DNA of 63,641 nt, counting the filler, from Nitrospinota bacterium (GTDB lineage Bacteria > JAUXIQ01), in assembly GCA_030620925.1 (NCBI GenBank). It is 10 parts of 10 records of this genome, joined end to end, with 100 filler letters (N's around TTAATTAATTAA, not from the genome) between each part and the next. Parts side by side here need not be neighbours in the genome. Positions count along the whole stretch, not along the records: positions 55,177 to 60,834 come from JAUXIQ010000154.1; positions 60,935 to 63,641 come from JAUXIQ010000418.1; 8 more parts are not named here. One strand, written 5' to 3'. A model generated the notes under the pieces. The model ran no database searches. It had not been told where the DNA came from and worked only from the letters and a program-made list of their open reading frames with translations. This document shows, piece by piece, positions 57,905 to 63,641 of the stretch. A program made the translations under genes and the position numbers. The number at the start of each line of letters is the position of its first letter. Position 1 is the stretch's first letter.

Positions 57905-58365
57905 TAACCCCTCCCCACTTTCCCCTCCCGCACGGGGAGGGGAAGGTTGATAACCCAAAAGATTTCTTAATGATAAACACTGGTCAGACAAATAGTAAGG
58001 TAGGATATTAGGTCTCCTCCCCCTTGCCCCCGTCTTCCACGGGGTGAGGAGAAGACCGATCCTATCAGCAATAAATCTCCCCTCCCCTGGACCCCGGCTG
58101 TCGCGGAGCGTTCCGGTTGAGGGGAAAAAGGGGAGGGGGTGTTTGAAATGCGTATAATAAAGCGGGTTTGCACTGGCAGGCGAGATTCTTCGTCCCGCGG
58201 CAGGCGGGACTCAGAATGACAGGGTGCGGTGCCGTAGGGGCAGGCCCCTGTGCCTGTCCAAATAATATGAATACCAATCCCCACGGGGGGTTGCCCCTAC
58301 GACACCCAACGTCCCCAGCAATTTCTTGTAGGGGCGGGTTTCAAACCCGCCCCTACGGCCGTACA
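57905..58365. repeat. Dense mosaic of REP-like palindromes including GTAG-type REPINs
   Basis: CCCCTCCC-GCACG-GGGAGGGG; GAGATTCTTCGTCCCGC..GCGGGACTCAGAATGACA; GTAGGGGCA...TGCCCCTAC; GTAGGGGCGGGTTT-C-AAACCCGCCCCTAC. Confidence 0.75.
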
Positions 58366-58366
58366 A

Positions 58367-59659
58367 CTACAGGTTGTAGCCCACTTCACCGTGCTGGGTC
58401 TGGTCCAGGCCGGTGATCTCTTCTTCGTCATTCACCCGCAGTCCCATGGTCTTATTCAGGATCAGCGCTATTACCAGTGTAACCACGAAGGCGTATGTAC
58501 CGGTTACGGCCACCCCCAGGAGCTGTATCAAGAACTGGTGTATGTTGCCGGTGATGAGGCCCGCCGCACCCACGGTGGCAAAGATGCCCGTTGCCAAGGC
58601 CCCCCACGCTCCACCCACGCCGTGGATGCCGAAGACGTCAAGTGAGTCATCATAGCGGTACTTATTCTTTAGCAATATGGCCTTGTAGCACAGAAAACCA
58701 ACGATGAGGCCGATCACCAGTGCCCACTGCGGGGTAACGAAACCCGCCGCAGGGGTTATAGCCACCAACCCGGCAACTATGCCCGAGGCTGCCCCCAGTG
58801 CGCTGGGTTTCCCCTGATGTACCCATTCCGAAACCATCCAGGCCAGCGATCCGGCGGCCGCCGCCAGGTGCGTATTGGTGAAGGCCAGCGACGCGCTGGT
58901 TCCTGAAGAAAGGGCGCTCCCCGCATTAAATCCGAACCACCCAAACCACAGCAACCCTGCACCCAGCAGTGTTATCCCAAGGTTGTGGGGGATGATCATC
59001 TCCGTCATGAACCCCCTCCGTGCGCTCAATACTTTTATTGCCGCCAGAGAGGATATGCCTGAAGAGAGATGGACCACTGTACCACCAGCAAAGTCCAGTG
59101 CCCCCAGCTCTGCCAGCCAGCCTCCCGGGCCCCACACCCAGTGGGCACTGGGGTCGTAAACAAAAGTGCTCCACAATAAAATGAATACCATATAGGTGCT
59201 GAACTTCACCCTCTCGGCCAATGCACCGCTTATGAGGGCCGGGGTGATGATGGCGAACATACCTTGAAACATGACGAATACATAGGTAGGTATGGTCCCG
59301 CTGACGCTTTCAGGACCTAGACCCTTCAACAACAGGAAATCGAAGCCTCCCCAGAAATGCCACTTATCCGCCCCGAAAGAGAGAGAATATCCGAGGACCA
59401 CCCACTGGATGCTTATGATTGCCAAAGCCACGAAGCTATGCATCATAGTGCTCAGCACGTTCCTGCTCCGCACCATTCCCGCATAGAACAGGGCCAGACC
59501 GGGAAGCATCAACATCACCAGAGCTGTGGAAACCAGCATCCAGGCGGTATCACCCCGGTCGATGCCGCCCTCTCCAGCCAGGGCGGTGCCGGTGGTACCC
59601 AGAAGTACCACTGAAAAAATGCAGGCGAAAAGAGCGGCTTTCTTATCGTCTCTGTTCAC
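58367..59659 (-). CDS. amtB: Ammonium transporter
   Basis: GDTAW, PGLALFYAG, FQ.MFA.IT, DFAGGTVVH, WFGWFGFNAGS and DDSLDVFGIHG motifs. Confidence 0.98.
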   Translation of the reverse strand: MNRDDKKAALFACIFSVVLLGTTGTALAGEGGIDRGDTAWMLVSTALVMLMLPGLALFYAGMVRSRNVLSTMMHSFVALAIISIQWVVLGYSLSFGADKWHFWGGFDFLLLKGLGPESVSGTIPTYVFVMFQGMFAIITPALISGALAERVKFSTYMVFILLWSTFVYDPSAHWVWGPGGWLAELGALDFAGGTVVHLSSGISSLAAIKVLSARRGFMTEMIIPHNLGITLLGAGLLWFGWFGFNAGSALSSGTSASLAFTNTHLAAAAGSLAWMVSEWVHQGKPSALGAASGIVAGLVAITPAAGFVTPQWALVIGLIVGFLCYKAILLKNKYRYDDSLDVFGIHGVGGAWGALATGIFATVGAAGLITGNIHQFLIQLLGVAVTGTYAFVVTLVIALILNKTMGLRVNDEEEITGLDQTQHGEVGYNL

Positions 59660-59769
59660 GTTGCTACTCCTCCATTTAATGCGCCATACTGCAATAACTT
59701 ACCGTGTCTCGACGACGGCTTTCGGCCGCGCCGCTCTCAAACCAGGGGAAAAACCATCCCTTACAAAGA

Positions 59770-59784
59770 GCAAACTTCATGCCA
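59770..59784 (-). promoter_or_regulatory. sigma54 promoter of amtB
   Basis: Minus strand TGGCATGAAGTTTGC (-24/-12). Confidence 0.82.
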
Positions 59785-59895
59785 GGGTGTTGAAAAGAAA
59801 ATGGGAAAGGGCCGGGAGGCCCTGTCCTGAGGTCAATTAGATCGTTTTAGGTTTAAAAACCAGCGAAAGCTCCGGCCTCTCAACCGGTGGTTTTC

Positions 59896-59912
59896 TGCCC
59901 AAATATTGTGCA
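59896..59912. promoter_or_regulatory. NtrC-type enhancer site
   Basis: TGCCCAAATATTGTGCA versus consensus TGCAC-N7-GTGCA, lying between two divergent sigma54 promoters. Confidence 0.75.
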
Positions 59913-60087
59913 GCAGTGATTAATAAATAAACAAAAACGCTGCGGGCATCCTTATGCTTATACTTTTTCGGGTCCTCCCCGCCGAGCTTCCCATATTTCG
60001 GCGTTCGCGCTTTACTCCATGAAATTATTGTGATAAATTCATTTCCGGAGATATGGATAAATTCCTTTCTTAAAGTTTAAGGTGATG

Positions 60088-60577
<490 letters not shown>

Positions 60578-60635
60578 CTCCGTTACCGCGGAACCGGACC
60601 TTAAAATAGATCAATTAAGGTTAATGGGAGGAAAA

Positions 60636-60834
60636 ATGAACAGTGAGGAAGTCATCCGTTTTACCAAAGAAAACAACGTCCAAATGTTGGACCTGAAGTT
60701 CATAGATCTGCCGGGGATATGGCAGCACTTTTCCATGTCCATGAGCGAAATGAACGATGAACTGTTTGAAGAGGGTGTGGGATTCGACGGGTCGAGCATC
60801 CGCGGCTTCCAATCCATCGATGAAAGCGACATGC
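60636..60834 (+). CDS. glnA: Glutamine synthetase type I, 5' fragment
   Basis: DLKFIDLPGIWQHF and GFDGSSIRGFQSIDESDM motifs. Confidence 0.96.
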
Positions 60835-60934
60835 NNNNNNNNNNNNNNNNNNNNNNNNNNNNNNNNNNNNNNNNNNNNTTAATTAATTAANNNNNNNNNN
60901 NNNNNNNNNNNNNNNNNNNNNNNNNNNNNNNNNN
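60835..60934. other. Artificial contig/scaffold linker
   Basis: N44-TTAATTAATTAA-N44. Confidence 0.99.
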
Positions 60935-61257
60935 AATAAGAAAGCCGCAATCGTGAGGAAAGACAAGACTGCCAGAACAGTGTAGCTGGGAGCCACACCT
61001 ATGTAGCTCATGAACGTTACGGCAACCGCCGGGCCCAGAACCACAAAGTATCTTCGCGTTACCAGGTCCGCCAGGTAACCGAAAACAGGCTGAGTTATCG
61101 ATGAAGAAAAGGTAAAAATGGATACCAGAAAGGTCTCAGAGGTAATGGAAATATCCACTTTCAGGATCAACAACGGCAGAAGCGGCGGGAGGAAACTTAC
61201 ATAAGAGTCGTTAAAAAAATGGACCGTAGTGAGCAGGGCAAGTCTCCTTTTTTCCAT
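60935..61257 (-). CDS. MFS transporter (Fsr-like), 5' fragment
   Basis: H..ND.Y...LPPLLP and QP.FGYLAD motifs. Confidence 0.85.
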
Positions 61258-61275
61258 TAACCCCCCTGCCCTGCT

Positions 61276-62181
61276 TCATATCTCTTCATAAAAAACCGCT
61301 CTGTCCACTGTCAATATATCGATGGGCTCCGGTATATCTTTGCGCAATACTGTGATGCTGATCTCCGCTCCCGCTTCGCCCTTCCATAACTCTTCGTAAA
61401 ATTGCCTCCTGTCGTCTATTCCGACTCCGTTAATCTCCGTTATGGCGTCTTTAACCTGGAGGCCGGCTTTATGGGCCGGACCGTCGATAACCAGGCCCGC
61501 CACCAGGACACCCATTTCCGAAGATATGGTATACGCCCCTATCCAGGGCCGAGGCACCCTGCCCCGAATTGTCCCATGTTCCAGTATATCTTCTTTGGCT
61601 TTGTGAAACAGATTTATGGGAATGGCCATGCTCATCTCTTTAACGGAATTGAGATTCAAGTAAACTATCCCCATAACTTTACCCAGGTTATTTAACATGG
61701 GGCCGCCGCCGAAGCCGGAGTTAACTGCGGTGCTCATTATTCCGTCGTCGATCATGTATTCCCAGTAAGCGTCGAAAGGTTTGATGACGGTTACGAAACC
61801 TTGTGTGACCCGCCGCTCGTGCTGGCTGGTGCTGGCCAGGGCAAGTATCTTGTCCGATACTTTCAATTCATCCGAATACCCCAGAGGCACCACGGGAAAC
61901 CCGCTCCCCTCCGCTTTGATCACCGCGAACCCGCTTTCAAAATCCATGTAAACTACATGGGCGGGGTATTCTTTCTTATCGTGGGTGGTGATGGTGATCT
62001 CTTTGGCTCCCAGCACTATGTAATTGACGGTCAGAATATGACCGTCTGAAGTGACCAGGGAACCGGTGCCCATCCTTTCATGCCCCAAGACTTTTACCGA
62101 TGGGTTACGGTGCGAGATGTAGGCATGTATGTTGACCGTGGCGGGAACTATCCGTTCAAGAAATCTTAAATAATCGCCCAA
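61276..62181 (-). CDS. S1C (HtrA-like) trypsin fold plus PDZ protein with degenerate catalytic triad
   Basis: GTG.LV..DG.ILT, PLG.SD.L, GGPMLN..G.V.GI, RPWIG and PA.KAGL..D.I..ING motifs. Confidence 0.85.
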   Translation of the reverse strand: MGDYLRFLERIVPATVNIHAYISHRNPSVKVLGHERMGTGSLVTSDGHILTVNYIVLGAKEITITTHDKKEYPAHVVYMDFESGFAVIKAEGSGFPVVPLGYSDELKVSDKILALASTSQHERRVTQGFVTVIKPFDAYWEYMIDDGIMSTAVNSGFGGGPMLNNLGKVMGIVYLNLNSVKEMSMAIPINLFHKAKEDILEHGTIRGRVPRPWIGAYTISSEMGVLVAGLVIDGPAHKAGLQVKDAITEINGVGIDDRRQFYEELWKGEAGAEISITVLRKDIPEPIDILTVDRAVFYEEI

Positions 62182-62488
62182 AACTGCCAGCCTCTTATTT
62201 TAATAGTATTGTCTCTTGATACCAGGATGCGATCGTCTCCTCGGACAATCCACTAAATGTTAACATACGGTTTTCGGCCTCGTCAACTTACAAACCGAAT
62301 GAGACTCGCTACCCTTTAATTTTCTTTGAGGTTATCCGCCCTTCCTGTAAAATATGACGGCGCGTGCCAATGAACGGCGCGCCTCACAAAACAGGCCGCG
62401 CATACCCGTCATTTGCTGAGGGTATAAACGAAAAATTGACCTGTTCCATCTGGGGGACGCACCTCTCTTTTGATGAGGATCATGTTTG

Positions 62489-63641
62489 GTGAATGAGGCC
62501 AGGACAGAACAAATTCCCGATACCTCCTACGTGAACCGTACCATTTTAATAATAGTTTTAGGCGGATTCATATCCGTGTTCAGCGCCTCCATCATCAACG
62601 TTACGCTTCCGAATATCAGGACCGCGTTCGGCACCAACGTTGAAACCGTTAAATGGGTGGTGAACATCAATCTGGTGACATTCGCCGTGCTTATGCCCAC
62701 AACCGGCTGGCTGATCAGACGCCTGGGCCTCAAGAGCACATTCGTCCTGAGCCTGTCCTTATTCTCTGTAGGGTCATTCCTCTGCGGGATCGCATGGAGC
62801 ATAGACTCTTTATTAGTATTCCGAGCGGTGCAGGGAGCCGGCGGCGGGCTTTTATGGCCCATGTCCATGGCCTTGATGACGGTGGTGTTTCCCCAGGAGA
62901 AAAGGGGTCGCGGCATGGCGTTCTACGGTATCGGCACCAGCACGGGAGGAACCTTCGGGCCGCTCATGGGTGGCTACCTGGTGGATAACTTCAACTGGCG
63001 CCTGATCTTCTACATTAGCATGGCGCTTGGGCTGGCAGGTTTAGTGGTCAGCCTTTTTCTGCTGAGAAGAGATAGGGAGCGGATCAGCGAAAAATTCGAT
63101 TTCTGGGGATTCCTGACCCTCTCGATCGCTATCGTCAGTCTGCTGGTGGCCCTGAGCCAGGGACGCGTAGAGGGTTGGAAATCTGACTACATACTGAGCC
63201 TGTTCTTGATTTTCGCCTTATCTTTCTGCGGCTGGATTTTTACCGCCTCTAAAGTGCAAAATCCGTTGATTGACCTCCGGATGTTACGCAACGTACATTT
63301 TATGGCCGGGGCCATAGTATCTTTTCTTTTGGGGGTGTGCCTGTTCGGGAGTAACTTTCTGATGCCCCTGTTCATGGACAAACTACTCAATTATTCAGTG
63401 CTGCGTATTGCAGCCTCGTTGGCGCCGGGCGTATCGCTTTCCATACTTACCACCCGTATAGGAGGCGTAATGAGCGATGCTTTCAGTCCGCGCCTGCCCA
63501 CCATTTTAGGGCTGCTCTTTTGGGCGGCCTTCGCCTACGTCTTCAGCCTGAATGATTTGCGGGTCAGCTTCTTCGGAATAGCGCTCATAATTCTTCTCAG
63601 GGGCACCGGCCTGGGAATGAGCTATACACCCGCTATGACGG
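62489..63641 (+). CDS. DHA2 (EmrB/QacA) MFS efflux permease, runs off the window end
   Basis: Translated by hand: IINVTLPNI, W(V)VN..L, GWL.RRLG, FRAVQGAGGG, FP.EKRG, GP.MGGYL..WR.IF; absent from the ORF track because it has no stop in the window. Confidence 0.92.
   Translation, partial: MNEARTEQIPDTSYVNRTILIIVLGGFISVFSASIINVTLPNIRTAFGTNVETVKWVVNINLVTFAVLMPTTGWLIRRLGLKSTFVLSLSLFSVGSFLCGIAWSIDSLLVFRAVQGAGGGLLWPMSMALMTVVFPQEKRGRGMAFYGIGTSTGGTFGPLMGGYLVDNFNWRLIFYISMALGLAGLVVSLFLLRRDRERISEKFDFWGFLTLSIAIVSLLVALSQGRVEGWKSDYILSLFLIFALSFCGWIFTASKVQNPLIDLRMLRNVHFMAGAIVSFLLGVCLFGSNFLMPLFMDKLLNYSVLRIAASLAPGVSLSILTTRIGGVMSDAFSPRLPTILGLLFWAAFAYVFSLNDLRVSFFGIALIILLRGTGLGMSYTPAMT

Noticed and set aside
57905-58365. 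CRISPR array interpretation of the palindrome cluster
   Set aside because: No identical direct repeats with regular spacers and no cas genes
62355-62390. TGGCACG on the minus strand as a sigma54 promoter
   Set aside because: No TTGC -12 element at the required spacing

Overview
Bacterial draft (probably metagenome-assembled) sequence made of ten segments joined by nine identical artificial 100-bp linkers (44 N + TTAATTAATTAA + 44 N), so gene adjacency across linkers is not proven. The gene content suggests a GC-rich Gram-negative organism, probably anaerobic or facultative (LPS core genes, a porin, sigma54/NtrC signals, a Tat-exported molybdoenzyme, a corrinoid methyltransferase pair). Housekeeping content: nuoJKLMN, tig-clpP-clpX, thrS-infC-rpmI-rplT-pheS-pheT, gcvT-H-PA-PB with a lipoate ligase, LPS glycosyltransferases, rimO-pduO-split transketolase-ctpA, amtB/glnB-glnA and four tRNAs (Phe, Leu, Val, Gly). 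The most interesting stretch is about 43-55 kb. It holds (i) a B-A-D molybdoenzyme operon of the Arr/Ttr/Anr type with a Cys-to-Asp change in the FS0 cluster motif and no membrane anchor; (ii) a cupin-crotonase-HMG-CoA-reductase-like operon whose reductase keeps its catalytic residues but appears to lack HMG-binding residues; (iii) a porin plus small periplasmic Cys/His protein behind a Fur-box promoter, whose long leader is complementary to the 5' UTR of a nearby ferritin-like gene; and (iv) a CuA-like cupredoxin lacking its Met ligand. Several families of REP-like palindromes are dispersed through the window. All calls come from reading the sequence; no searches were run.
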